Shown here: positions 24,259 to 38,459 of the stretch, piece after piece
How positions within the stretch are numbered: the stretch's first letter is position 1
Layout: the number at the start of each line of letters is the position of its first letter
Assembly: GCA_044892525.1 (NCBI GenBank)
Contig: CM097886.1
Location: forward strand, 27,218,001-27,282,000
Reading direction: 5' to 3'
DNA from: Schmidtea polychroa
Taxonomy: Eukaryota
Length of the DNA stretch: 64,000 nt
Made by a program: the position numbers and the translations under genes
The notes under the pieces: generated by a model
Databases searched by the model: none
What the model saw: only the letters and a program-made list of their open reading frames with translations
Told to the model about the DNA's origin: nothing

Positions 24259-27110
24259 AATTTGTAACTTTCTCTCCTAGTACTCGTGGCGGTCCGATTG
24301 AAAGTCTTTCTTTCTTTTCGAATACAATCTCGTATGGAGACTGCTTAGTGGTTTTCTGTGAAGGTTTTTTGAATACCAAGATTATACAGTATTCAAGGAA
24401 AAATTGTGATTGAAAATTACTTCCACAATCCGTGTTTATTTTCTCTGGGACACCGAATTTTGATATCCAATTTCTCCATTGTTCTTGTGCAACCTTCGGT
24501 GCTTCTTTCGTTGCCATTGCTATAAAACGTCTATACTTCGAGAAATAATCGATAATTCTATGTATATATCTGTAACCCTCCGTTGTTGCTTTAAAGAGTC
24601 CTGTTATGTCGATTCCCATAATCTGGAAACTTCTTTCACCCACAATGTTTTGTAAAGTTTTACGTTCTTATTTCGCAAACATTACTTCCCGTATCTCTTT
24701 ATCCATGGCTGGCCAATAAAATTCATTTTAAATGGCTCCAATTGTCTTTTCAATACCTATATGCCCTAAACAGGAATGAAACTGCGTAATGATGGAATCT
24801 CTTTCCGTTGATACCACAAATAAACACTTTTAGTTCTTTGCTGCAATTCTTTAAATTACTTAGATTTTCTTCAGTTAAATAATTGCCTTTCTCCATCAAA
24901 TTAATAATAAACCGAATATATGCATCATTGTCTAGTCCCCAATCATATTCTTCCTTGATTTTTTGATTCATTGTCCTTTCAGGTTCATGGTCATTTCCCT
25001 CAACCCCTTCATCCTTGTATACTTTGACATTTATCCGTTTCTTACGGTCATCATGGGTGATCATACATTGTTCACACGGTGGTAATCGTGACATTACCCA
25101 GCGTTAACATGCTCACTGCCTTTCCTATATTCGACCACCATATCAAAAATTTCCAATTCAGCTCTCCAAACACAATATTGAGATGTATTTGCGCTATCCC
25201 AATTCAAAAGCCATTTCAATGCTTGGTGATCAGTCCTTACTATAAATTTGGATCCAAGTAGATAATGCTTTAATTTTAACACAAATGTATAAATTTTCAG
25301 TAGTTCTTTCCTTGTTATGCAATACTGTCTCTGACACTTACTCATAGTTTTTGACACATAAGCATAGTCGAGACAAATCTCATTAAAATCATCGATTTTC
25401 TCCCTACGATCATTAACTACCATACCTTTGATGAAATATTCACCAGAATTGCTCATTTCTATATTATTCGATAAAATAAAAATTATAATCTCGCTGAGCC
25501 TCGTCACTCCTCACAACCGCTCTCCGACTCCCCAATACGGTTGTCATTCGTTTAAAGATGAAGAAGGAACTGTCTTAGGTAAAAATGGAATCTTAATCCC
25601 TTGCAACTCAATTTCGTCATTTGCTGCATCAATAATAATTCCGTACTTCTTCATGCTTCTAAGTCCTATATAAATATGTGGAAATATATTAGGCATAATG
25701 TCAAAAACATGACTCGTTAATATAGGTCCAATTGAAATATTTAACTTTATCTTACCGGTACATTGCACTGTACTTCCATTAGCGCATGAGACTTTTGTCA
25801 TTGAATTGTAAACTCTTAGTGGTAGGTTATCTTTGATAATATCTTCAGTAACTCTTGAATTATTACATTCAGATATGCTCCTGAATCAAACATGACTTTC
25901 ACCTGTCGATTTCCAATCACACATTTTGTAACAGCTTTATTTCGGGCCTTCTCAGGTCTGTTAACAGAAATCAGTGTTGGTTCGTACTTCTTCAGTTGTT
26001 TCTTTGGATTTTTTCCTTCACCATTGATAAAGTTAGCATATTTCTCTTCCATTGTTGGTTTTGTCGCAAGACCTTATCATCTTTGCTGTTCTTTGCTCAC
26101 TCCAACTATCCTTTGTGTTTGCGGCACAGTTATTTTCCTGTTCTTCCGAATCTACAGTATCTGTAATTTCAGTTCTTATATCCTCCTCGCATTCTTCTTG
26201 GTGATACCTAAACTTGTTCCTTTTATCGCAGAATCTCGCTTGGTGCGCTCCACCACACTCGAAACATTTCATTCCAGTCTTTGCGCCGTTCATATTACCT
26301 CGGCAATTAGCTGAAATGTGACCTTTCTTGCCGCACAGGTAACAAGTTCGTTCTTCTTTTGGTTTTATCCATTCTTGTTTTTTACAGAATGGGGCTATGT
26401 GACCTAGTTCATTACATTTGTAACACTTAAGATCCGCCATTCTTGTAAGAGTCGCATCGTTTCCAGGCCGTGTTCCTTGCGCCTTCAAACTTTAAATAAT
26501 CTGTTTCAATCTTTGTATTTCTTTATTTAATGCGACTATTATTCCTTGATCCGGGGAACTGAGCTTCCTGAGCTGATGTCCTTCTTCCATTGTTGTCATA
26601 CCTTTGTCTTCCGCCTTTATTTCTTCCACAGCTTCTTCTAATGTTTTCGGCTGTCTAATTCTAAGGGCTGTTGAAAGCAAATTATGCCGTAACCCTTCGA
26701 TAAAAGCTTGAGTCATCGTATTCTTTTGCCAAAATCACCGGTACTTTCGTTTCTGGTATTGTATCATTTAATATGTTGACTATAACCGACGTTTTCGATT
26801 TCTTTTCACTCAGCAATTTCGTAATCTTATCGGTGTACCACTTTATTGATTTTCCTGGATCATTTTCTGCTATGCAATTTACTTCATTTATTACATCTTC
26901 GAAGTTGGATGATGATGAATACTTACTGAATTACGGATGTAATCCAAAATATAACTTAGTAATATCAATATTTATCAAAATCAAGAAGAAAATTTTATCG
27001 ACTCACTTGCAGAGGCAGAGAAATTTTCATCGTGTAGCTGTTAAGATGTGCATTTCTATCTATGCCTGATTGTTTATCTCTTCAGTTAAGTCCGACTGAG
27101 ACAACATAAA
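24242..27110 (-). mobile_element. Degraded Ty3/Gypsy internal region: gag (3 CCHC knuckles), protease, RNase H, integrase; RT not present
   Basis: CYKCNELGHIAPFC, CYLCGKKGHISANC, CFECGGAHQARFC; protease VMFDSGA; RNase H YCITRKELL..FIVRTDHQALKWL; integrase IMGIDITG..IDYFSKY..FGVPEKINTDCGSNF. Multiple frameshifts. Confidence 0.88.
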
Positions 27111-27179
27111 TTTTGTCTGCTAAAATTGTGAGTTCTACATTATCGTTTGTTGTCATTGCTAAAGTCGCCTTTATAGATT

Positions 27180-28100
27180 TGGGTATGCTATACAAAAATA
27201 ACTATTTCATGATCCCTGGCGCATGTTTAGTGATGACATGCAAAATTGTCTGTGAGTTGTTTATAACAACATCGTTTGGTTATTTTTAAGGAAATTTACT
27301 AGTGAGTTCAATATTTCCTTGCTTGGGAAACCAATCAAAATCAACCAATTCTCTGAATCTATCGACAACAAATAAAATAATCATTATTGGGAAATAGGAA
27401 TTTAGACACAAATGCACTTACTATAATTGAATAAATTAATTGAATATGGAAATAGTGTTCGACTGGTAATATTTTCTTGTATTGATTTTGAATCTTTGGC
27501 AATTTATAAATATTTCATGACATATTTCATATATTGATAACACAGCTTGAATTCTTTTGTAACAAAATATTCTAAAATTATAATGTATAGTTTATAAAAT
27601 TTTCTAACACTTAGATTATTAAATATATTCAGCAGAAAAAAAATTCCCATTTGACTTTATGTCTTTTCTGTTGAAGTAATACGGTTTTTCGTTGAAAATA
27701 GTGTTTTCAATTTTGATACTTCATTAGGTTCTATTCGAGAAATATTTATCCAAATCTAGAAGATCTAATAATTCATCTGTATTTGGAATGGTAAAGATTG
27801 ACCTTTCAGTTAAATACACGATAATCCAAACATACTCCTACATCACTGCTATTTTTCTTTTTTAACCAAACTAATGAAAAATTACAAGGTGATGTTCCAA
27901 TATAAAACCATATTTCAACATTTCCTTGATATTTTCAATTTTTCTATTAAATGTACTGGTTGCGTTTTGGGTTTATTACAATCGGATTACACTTAGCGAA
28001 TTTTTCATGCCTCAGTAATTCGGTATTTCCTAAGTTATATCTTTGTTTCATAAAAAGGCAATCAAAGAAATAATTAGATTATTTATGAATTTACCTCATG
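27180..28100 (-). pseudogene. Heavily decayed Gypsy reverse transcriptase
   Basis: Residual SPCNFSLVWLKKKNSSDVGVCLDYRVFN resembles SPWNSPLVLVKKKDG..LCxDYRxLN; many stops. Confidence 0.5.
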
Positions 28101-28505
28101 CAATTAAATGAATGGCGTTTATCTCATTTTTATATATTTTTATTTGCAACTTATTGTTAAATCTGTTATAATCTAATTCTCCTATTAGCTGAGGGTTTAC
28201 TACTTCTCGAATTTGTAAAATTTTATCAATTTTTACGTGTAAAATAGTTCTACTGCAAATTTTAATTGGGAATGTTGAAAAGGAAGACGCACATTAAATA
28301 ATTCTTGACAATTAATACATTTAAGAATTATAATTATTAGAAGCTGCTAGATCATCTTCTAAATTATTTTTTAAATCAGGTTAAAAAAAACGTCATAATT
28401 CTTATTTATTTAATGACATTGTATAATTTTCAAACAAATTTTCAACCTTGAATAAAATATTTTCAAAACTATTTATTAAAATTTCGATATTTAAAATATA
28501 TTTAT

Positions 28506-29042
28506 TTAAAAATTATTTACTAATAAAACTTCTTTTAATAAACTTATTAATTTACGTTCTATCACACCATTTGTAATATGGTGTAATGAACTTGAAAAGC
28601 ATAGTGTAATTCCCATTGATTTTGTAAAATCTTTCATCGTCTTAGATTCAAATACTTTTCCACAATCTGTGTGAATTTCCTTTGGTGCTCCAAATCTAAG
28701 AATCCATTTTTGTAGTATTGTTTCCTTCACTGTTTCCTCATCCTGTTTAGCGACAGCAGTCAGAGAGATATATCTGCTAAATTGATAAATTATTGCGATT
28801 ATATATCTTTTCTTTCTGAATGTTTCCGGTAATGGGCCAGATATATTAATGCAAACTTTCTCCCACGGTTCCTCTGCTGCCAGTTTCATTGTCTCTTCCT
28901 TCACCTTTGTTGTCATAACTTTCGTTCTTTGACATGCCTCGCATTGTCCAATTGTTTCTTTTGCTGATTCTTTTATGTCTCCCATATCGTAATTGTCCGA
29001 TACATATTTTGTCACCTTTTCTGTTCCTGCATGTGATAACAA
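28506..29042 (-). pseudogene. Gypsy integrase fragment (HHCC finger remnant + core)
   Basis: LSHAG..CEACQ; PWEKVCINISGPLP..YIIAIIYQFSRY..WILRFGAPKEIHTDCGKVFES. Confidence 0.9.
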
Positions 29043-29169
29043 AATATGTTACTCTTTATCATTTATTGTCTTTTTTCTCTAGGTATCCATATCTTACTCT
29101 CTAAAGTTTTTACCACGTTGTCTACCAGTATAAATTTCCAACTTGAACCCTATGCTGTTTCCTTTTTTA

Positions 29170-29860
29170 TTTGTTCTATTTCTCGATTTCCGTAATCAGC
29201 GACAATATTTTGAATACGTGCATTGGAGTCACATACTTCTTTCGACTTGGTTCTGTTGCATGACCACCAAGTGATTGATCAATGATGGTGTTCAGAAGAC
29301 CTTGTTCTCTCTTCAGAACATTCAAAAATCTCCATAGATTTGGTTGACAAGCCCCGATTACCGATTGCATCTTCCTATTCCATCCTTCGACGCTGTTGTT
29401 TGTACGTGGCTGATCATTATTGACTCAGCTGTTGATGTTCCAAACTTCATGAGGAAATAGCGGAGGAGCTCGGTTGCTTCGCCTTCTTCCTATGTAGTTG
29501 TCTTCGAAATCATCGATCACTTTCAGAGAGCTGGTATTGTTCTGATTGACAACGAGATATTTTGCTGAAATCCAAGAAACTGAACCTTCCTGTTGATTCA
29601 TTGTGACAGATGATAAAAGCAGACTTGCAACTAAACTTCACTAAGGACCTCGACCACGGAATTCATTTCTGCTTTCTCGTAATCTATCACAACTGATGAA
29701 GGGCTGATGTTTGGAATCATTGCCTTTATTTCCTGAAACAATCGACGATATGTTTCAATGGTTTTATTGGGCAAGAGACATTAGAGTTAAGGAATGACAT
29801 CACCACTGAAAAGTGCATGAACTGTATACAGCTGTGTAGGTAGATATGCGCTTACGGCAG
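29170..29860 (-). pseudogene. MULE (Mutator-like) transposase, central/C-terminal part
   Basis: QLYTVHALF..LLPNKTIETYRRLFQEI..VIDYEKA and PRTNNSVEGWNRKMQSVIG..PNLWRFLNVLKREQ. Confidence 0.85.
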
Positions 29861-30229
29861 CAATTTGGCACCCCCTATTAATCAATAATTAATCAGAATT
29901 TAACAAATACTTTCATTAATTATTTCCTTTTATTTTATTATTTTTATTTAATTAAGTAATATAATTTTATTTCTTTATTTTATTAATTAATTTTGTTTAA
30001 ATTTAAATTATTAATTCTTATATGTAATTCTTATTACTCTTTTTTACTAATTTACGCAAGCTGAGACAAAAATGTTCAAAATATAAAAATATATTAGTCA
30101 AATTTATTATACATTTAATTCTAAAAAAAATCAATAAAAACAAATTTTTTAACAAAGATTTATTTAAATAACATCCGGTATATCTTCAGCTGTTTCTTTG
30201 AGTTGTGAGTATGATGGATCCGGATCGAA

Positions 30230-33200
30230 TTATTGAACAGCAAAAAAGTCACTTGCCATATAATGCCCATATGCATAACTTTTATTTTTCCCCACCCAAA
30301 CACTTTTATTATCTGAGTTGGTAAGTGCAGTTTTTTCATTTTTTATGGTGAATAGCTGGTGATTTTTGCTAGTTATTCTAGTTTGAAAAAATTTGATTAG
30401 TGGTATAACATTCCAGGTACGACTGATGTTTTGTGTCACTACCTTTCAATGTTACTCCTATAGCTTTCTCTTGTCTCGTCATCACCTAACATGCTATAAC
30501 ATTTAGGTCTAAGAAAAACCCACTCGTTATATTTAAGACCTTTATTCTGGTCTTTGAACTTTCCAATGACAAGGTTCTTACTGTATAAGGGATGAGTAGG
30601 ATCATAATTAGAAGTATCTAACAAATTATCTCGGATCATGGCTGGTTCAAGAACATGAAGTTTACAGTTAATAACTTCAAGGAAAAATGAATCCGTATCA
30701 CCTGCAACGATATTAATTTTACAGTTGAATTCGTTACGATATTTCTGTAACTCTTCATACTGCAGCTGATACATTCTAAGTTTCGATAGATCAAGTACAG
30801 ATTGTCCAATGTAGCTGGGTCTATCTAAACAAATAGCTTCCTTATTTAGCTAGACTGATACTAAGTCATTGTCAATTTCATAAGTCCTTTTAAACGTTGG
30901 TTTAGATGTATATGTAATATATGTATGTATATAGCAAGGGTGGGCACGCATGGGTTCAATAAGAGCCATTTTCCGAAAATTTATTTTTTACAGAGCCACC
31001 ATAGTAAAGTACATATTTTTTTTTATTTCATTAATTTGATTAAAGAGACTTAAACGCTATTAAAAAAAAACAAAATAATTATTTCAAACATTAAGTAATA
31101 AACATAAAAATCCATTAATAAAAAGTAATAAAATTTCTTGAATTAACGAAGACTTTTGGTCAAATCTTTGAAATTTGGTGTATACTTTGTTAAAGCTGTT
31201 CGCAGCAATTCTGTAAGATGCTGATTGGTCAACTGTGAACGATATTTCGACTTTACGAACTTCATTGTGGAGTACAAAGATTCACAACAATATGTTGTAC
31301 CAAAAATTGAAATTAGACGGCAAGCAGCTTGTTTTAAGTGTGGATATTTTACCTCTGGTACGAGTTTCCAAAATTCAACTATAGAAGTAGATTTATGGTG
31401 CATTTGCAAAGCCTGGTCCTCTTTCATATCTAATAACTCCAATTCCCCAACCGCTTTTTTAACAAGTATTACTTCAGAAATTGGAAATCCATCTTCAATA
31501 ATATCACAAATAAATGGGTTCACAAAAAATGCAAATGTAGATTTATAACTTTTCAAATCTTCAAACCTACATTTGAAATCCGCTTGCAATTCTTCCAATT
31601 TTTCACTGTATTCGTTTACTTTTTCTTCTCAAAACATTTAGTGAAAAATTTCAAAATAAAAAATCGAATTCGATTATCAAGAATTCAATTATCAATGAGC
31701 CGCAGTTTACTCAACGAAGAGCCGCATGCGGCTCTAAGAGCCGCATTTGCCCACCGTTGGTATATAGCCTAGAAGCCGAATTGCATAGTGGCAGATTCAG
31801 GCGTCTTTTCAGATTCTCTACGGTTTTTTGCCGCAGAGACTATTATTTAATAACTTATAATAATTTTTATCCAAGGCATTACTCGATTCCGCCGTAAGTC
31901 GGGTATTGGTATCGATTTAATCTTTAAAAATATTATCGTTTGTGAATTTAATTGCCCTATGTACATTACTTAATTTTACACCAAGAGAAAGAAAAAGCTT
32001 GAGAAGTCTCCAATGAAGAACATAATTCTTATTGGGATGATGTGTAAGCATCAACTTCTCAACTTTAGAGCCAGATGGACACATCTTTTCAGCGGCAACT
32101 GGAAAATCATTCAATTTGTCGTGAATCACATCAGGAATTTCCAAATCAACCTCCAAGGTATATCCAAATGGAAGTACTTCCAAATCTGCAGATTCACAAA
32201 AATCAATTATTTTATTTAATTCTTCTCTATTGGTTACCCACTTAAAATCCTTATATGGAAGTTTTTGGCTTAAGGCCCACATATACAAATTATTTATATC
32301 AATGTAAAAAAGTTCTGCATTGTCGGAGGATACTACATGATGTTTGTTAACAAATGTTAATCCACCACGGATCCCCCTTCGAAAAAATTATACATTTCCA
32401 TATCTTGCATAAGCTCGATAGGAGATTTCAAAGTCATTAAAGCTGAACTCCAACTCAAACCTGGAATGCCCAAGAAATTAAGAGATTCAAGTCGATTATA
32501 TGCAATAGATTTGAACGAAATTGTTGAAAATAGTCAGCTAGTAAGAAAACATCCAATTTAAGATGTAACATCATGTAATCAAACAATGATCTACAATGAA
32601 ATTCTTTCCAGATATGTTGTGCCTTTTCATATTCATCGACCGTGACTCATTCCCAAATTGGTGGTAAGTCATACGTATCTTTTAAAACTTCTAAAGAAGT
32701 TGCAAAATTATATGTGAATATCCCCTTTGAATTAACAATAGTCTCTCTAAATTCAGCTGATGTTAAAGGCAGAGATGTCAGTGTTTTTACTGCATCATTT
32801 AAAGTGGAACTAACACATTGACAAGAATCGATAAATTTAATGCTTAAACTATAAACTCTTGCCGTTAAAGTCAAAAACTTTTCGCTGCTGGTAGGAATAC
32901 AACTAATATCCCAATTTTTCATTTCATTTAAACCATATTTAAGAATATGATGTAAATCATATCCACTTTAATTATGAAAAATTACAGGCATGATAAACCT
33001 AATTTGTCTTGAAATATTACATTTGGAACAAGCAGCCCCCAAATATTTACCCGTGTAATGATCCTGATCGTTAAATGGGTTTTCTAATAGTTTATTGCAC
33101 TAGTAACAAATGGTTGAAGAACGAAAGGATCTTTTCTGGTCAGAAGAAAGAAATTCCATTTTCTTTTTGGAATCATTTAAGAAGTAAGGTAAAACTATTT

Positions 33201-35147
33201 TTACACCAATGTCATTTATTTCAGTCAAAAACTGTTCAATACAGTTTAAAACATAAAAACTCATATCTTTTCGCCAGTAAAATTATTAATTAATAATAGT
33301 CCGGCTGAAATCGGCAAGTGGAGCTAAAAATATTTGTCGTCCTTAGGTAAAACAATCTCAAAATCAGCATATACAACAAAAGGAGGAGTCACAATCTTAG
33401 ACCAATCTTTAAATATCAAGTTCTTATCGGAAGGTAAACTATACAAAGTTGTACCTAGTTGGTTTTTCTCACATAATGTCTGATGTTTCTTAAAAGTTTC
33501 AGCCAATCTGAATCCATTCAAGCATCGTTCACAACAAATACTCCGTATTCTAACATTTGAAACAGTATTAGAATTCAAGAGCCTGTCAAGATTAGTAACT
33601 GCTATGTAATGAAAAGAGTCACTTTCCTCCAACAAAATTATATTAATGGGAATTCCACCTACAATTAAATTTTGGATGTTATGATTATTTTTGACTATAA
33701 CCAAATTAGGCTTCGTTTTCTTTTTTGAACATAAGCGTTCCCGTAGAGTTGGGGAAATTAGATTAAAAAAGTATATAGCGATAATTTACAATGGTAAATT
33801 ATTGCTATAGTAAAATTACAAATTAAATAAAATTGATTAAAAATATACAGCTGAAGAATCTAAAAGTTAATTTGGGAATTTAAAACAGGAGATTTCAGAA
33901 ACAAAGAAACTACGACGATTTATAAATTGAAAGTAATAAATATTTTCCGACGATTTATATATCTACCAAAGACTATAACTGAAAATCAACTATTAAAGAA
34001 AACAACAAATACCATACCTCAACTATTTCCAGACTATTTAGAATTAAATCAGTCCCACAAAAAAGACCTCAGTATCAAAAGATTCTTTGCCAGTCTTATT
34101 GATCTCTAAAACTGTCTGACAACTATCAAATATCAGAGGAAACTCAAACAGTGGAATTGTACGAAAGGCCAGGAAGATATATTAGAGATATTAATTCACC
34201 TGGATACAAAGAGATTCCTCGGCCATCTATTAGTGAGCAAAGGACTGATTGCAATATAAAGTGCGTATCTATTTTATTGTTTTTTTTAATAGAAGTTGTA
34301 ATTTTAGAGTATTGTTCTTCACACTCATTCGATTATTGTAATATTTTTTAACTTACATACATTCACCCCAGCTGTCCCGAGACTGTTTATTTACTGCTGA
34401 CTCGGCTGGGCTTTTCAAATCTGTTACATACGCAATCATACATCAATTACTCAAATAAAAAAAAACAAATATAAATCAACGAATACTATAATATATGACA
34501 TCTACAAAAGGATGTTTCAAAACATTAACATTTATAGAGTCAAATTCATCATACGAAAGAACATTAATCGCATATCCAGGATTTTTAGCCTCAAATTTCG
34601 GGATATTACACAATTTCATTGGTAAATCAGAAGAGTCGAAGACAAGATTTGATGGATTATAGCTAGATGTTCTATTCCTGGCATAACTATTAATCTCATC
34701 ATATTTTATAATAGATAAAACACTATAGATGAAACACATACCGTCAGTGTTTTTCACATTAACCGTACAAGATTTTAAGGATAATTTTGGAGGAGTATCA
34801 ATATCTCCGTGACCACTCAACCTACTTATTTGTGAATATTTTGTCAATTTAAAACTAATTTTATTAATTGTCCAGCTGCTACTATTTTCACAGACTAGAG
34901 TTACTTTTTCATACAAAAGAGCAATACTGTCATCTAAAAAAGTATTACTCATGGGTTTCGCCGAATTAGATATTATAAAAGACTGAAATTGTCCATCTTT
35001 TTCCAATTCTACATCAATGCAGATTTGAATTTTAACATATCTCATTTCGGATATAACAGAATTTAATTGAGTTAATAATGGTGCAGGGATAATAAATTTA
35101 TTTAAATTTAAAGAAACCATTTTAACAATAGCATATATTAAATTCAA
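30230..35147 (-). mobile_element. Polinton/Maverick protein-primed DNA polymerase B remnant (fragmented, interrupted by an hAT insertion)
   Basis: Collinear fragments NVKNTDGMCFIYSVL, CERCLNGF..PFVVYADFE, DHYTGKYLGAACSKCN..PVIFHN*SGYD, WALSQKLPY..GYTLEVDLEIP, AGDTDSFF..IGKFKD. Confidence 0.9.
30935..31759 (-). mobile_element. Non-autonomous hAT deletion derivative (825 bp), copy B
   Basis: TIRs CAAGGGTGGGCA and TGCCCACCGTTG. Perfect 8-bp TSD GTATATAG (30927-30934 and 31760-31767). ORF 31143-31598 differs from copy A at 3 of 151 residues. Confidence 0.95.
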
Positions 35148-36627
35148 ATTAAATTTAATTTAAGGTTCATTAGAACCACCATATTGAACAATATTTTCGT
35201 CATTTTATGAATGGAAATTACGAATAGTTTCGCTGGTTGTGGACAAACAGTAACAATTCGTCTTTTATTTAGATTAATAGATGCAAAAAGATTCTTTGTA
35301 CAAGAAAATTGATTTAAATGTGCACAGTGTTGACTATAAAAGTCAGAAAAAGTTATATTTTTGGAGCTCTTACAAATGAGACATATAAAGAAGGTGAATG
35401 TTTATTCATGTCGATAGTATTTTTTCCTTATTTTATGGAATTTGCGGTCATCATGGACTTTACATTGACAATACTTCGGTTAAAGATTACCTTAATTATA
35501 ACATACCATTAAAATTATTCAAAAGTTTTTTAAATATCATAAAATAAAAGAAATTCGTTATATAATTGTAATTATTACACAAAATTTAATTACTATTACT
35601 AAATAATTTTAAAGAAATCTGATTAAATAAATGTTTACGCAAAAATTTGCAAATTATTATTATTTATTACAAGAAATATTTACAAAATTTATTTACTAAA
35701 AATATTTACTAAATTAAAAATATAAACATTTAAATAAAAAATTATATTAAATTTTATATTAAATTTTATATTAAATTATATTAAAAAGTAATCAATGCTT
35801 ACATGCTCTATATCAGCTTTTATGTCCTCTTCGTTGTATGCCATTGTCATTTTCTAGAATTTTCGTCGCTTTTCAGGAAATAAATCATGGCATTGATATT
35901 TCGAATGTTCCAATTTCTTGCAATGCATACACCGAAAATTTAGACTTTCCGATCTTTGTGGCATTCATGACATGTCTAGCATCGAAAGGCTTGACGTGTT
36001 CGATTATGGTCTCGAGCTTGAAATTCTCTCGTTTTGTCATTATTATTTGTATTCATAGACCACCATCCGTTTGAAATGTTGTTTTCTTGGAAATTCATCT
36101 TTATATCTTGAATAAACGACTTGGTCTTTGTTTTTCCGGGTTTTATAACCATATCTTGGCAACATCAATACGTTGATTTTTATTTATTGAATCTATTTCA
36201 GTGTTGTAAACTTGCTCATGCCTTTTAAATATTTATTTCAATTCATCAAATGACTTTTTAATGCTTTATTCTCCAGAGAATTTAAATTTAAAATTTTTAC
36301 AATTAACATTTTTTAACATTTAAATTTTTTTTAAATCTTCAGATGCATCATTTCCTTGATGATAATTGAGGTCTTCATTAAGTTTGACATTAAGACTTAT
36401 TTTTTAAATTCATTTCTTAATTTTTCTGTATAATGAAGACTATCATTTGTTGGATCATATTTCTTGATAGCATGATTGAAAGAAAAACATTGACGAATAT
36501 TTATTTATTCATTTATTTTTTTCATGGTTTGATGACATTTGCAATTGTGCTCGCCATATTAGCCACAGCACTTCTAGTATTAATAGAATTCATAATTTAA
36601 ATCAGAATCCAAATTTAAAACAAATCG

Positions 36628-37120
36628 TTAATTTGTCAGAGGAGGTTTTTTAACATTATAATTAATGAATAAGTAAGGATCCCGCAAAACGAAGTTGGTA
36701 TTTCTCAGAGTACTTCCGAGAGCATCCGGGATATCAATTTCTGCGATGGCTGTCGGATTCGGATATGGCTGTTGGATTTTCTTCCGTGTTGGTTCAATTG
36801 CCAGTTGAAATGCTGTGTATGTTGGAAGTTGTCTTGCTGCCTCCAATGAAATTCTTCCAGTGCTGTGTTGAATTACCTGACAAGGCTTCTGCAGCTCATC
36901 TTCTCATCTCCGCTACTGATTTGGCAGTTTCATTCTTCGCCAGATCAGCCGAATGGCTGTATTCGGTGATCATTGTTGCATCATTACCAAGAATATCCAA
37001 TCTTCCTTTACAGATCACTTCGACGCACCTCCATGATGTACTTTCGCCTTGACTCTCGCTTTTCGATACCGAAATCCATTATTCAGTAAAAATTCTTTTC
37101 CTTTCTGAGATTTTATCTTC
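36628..37120 (-). pseudogene. MULE transposase N-terminal part with FLYWCH zinc finger
   Basis: SQKGKEFLLNNGFRYRK..SWRCVEVICKGR..HSAD, then QPYPNPTAIAEIDIPDAL..FVLRD. Confidence 0.8.
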
Positions 37121-37924
37121 TCCATCATTAGTTGAGAATGTAAATTTAAACCTAACTTTATAATTGATATTATGTTTATTTCCAATTGAAAATTTGTTGC
37201 TTAATTAATTAATCAATAATATTTATACAAATCATGTAGACATCACATAACTTTAGATCCTCATTATTAATTTAAAGTTTAAAGGTTTCATCATTTCACC
37301 TATCCTGAACAACTTATAAATTTAATAACTTTAATTTTCAGTTAATTTCAACAGGCATATATAATTAACGAAATTTTAGTTTTATTTTGTACAATTTCTT
37401 TTGATGTCTTCCAGTTCTTGGGCCACCTTAACTAGTTTCAATTGAATGTTTTTTCTGCTTGAATGCGTTTATGAGACCTTTGATAATTAAAAAAAATTTA
37501 TTTTATTTTTCAACCGACCAAGCTTCATTATTTGCGATTGCTAAGGAGATTGGACGGGCTTCTGAAGGTTTAAGTTTATTATAATATTATTCAGCGTAAA
37601 AAATAAAAAATAAAATAAAAGCAATGATAATTAACTGCAATTGCGCATGGGTATTTCTTAACTGGCTGTCCTTTAATGAAAAGATAAACAATTTCATTTT
37701 ATGCAATTTAGACGAAAACATAGCATGGTTTAGCAAATACGTGTCAAAACCATCATAAATATTTTAAAACATTGGCGAGTATAATTTATTTTGACAAGTC
37801 TATGTTCTTATTTTCAATTGCAGTTAACAACAGTAAAAAATTTATGACATAGACATTGGGCGTTTTCGACGGGACTCTTCTGGCGGCATTAGTTACATTA
37901 AGCTATTTTGACGGTGGTATTTTG

Positions 37925-38167
37925 TCGCAGTGCCTCACGCAAGTGTCAGATAAACTTCAAAGGAAAATTATTGATTTCCAATGCCATAACGATTGAAAAA
38001 GTAACATTTCAGAATATAAAAATAAATTTGAATTTTATGAAAAATATGTATTTGAAGCAAAATGGCCAAATTAAAGACATTCAATTAGAATTATAAGTGC
38101 TTTTGGTAGTTCCTATCTTTGTGAATATTTTTCTCTAAGGTGAAACTTTGCAAAAATAAAACTAGAA
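37925..38167 (+). pseudogene. hAT transposase C-terminal fragment
   Basis: Frameshifted KLQRKIIDFQC..FEFYEKY..FGSSYLCEY..K..KTR. Confidence 0.6.
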
Positions 38168-38178
38168 TTGGTAAATTA

Positions 38179-38342
38179 TGAGGTCAATGCGCGTCTGTGT
38201 GCGCGTTGTATTGTGGGATGGGTTTGTGTGCGCACACAGGCGCGAGCAATGTCATTTTTTGTGTTAAATTATTGGTTTATCTCGCGTCTGTGTGCGCTTT
38301 TTGCTTTGTTGATTGGAATTGTGTGCGCACACAGACGCGAGC
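38179..38342. repeat. Cluster of GC-rich direct and inverted GCGTCTGTGTGCGC motifs
   Basis: GCGTCTGTGTGCGC occurs twice on +, and its inverse GCGCACACAG(G/A)CGCG twice. Confidence 0.7.
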
Positions 38343-38459
38343 AAGAGGTATGACAATTTTGATTAGGTTTTTGTGATTTTGTAATTTTTTAGATTTTGAT
38401 TTTGAATAGGATGATGAGTTATGTTTTTTGAGTTTAATGGAGTCGAATTATGATAAAAT

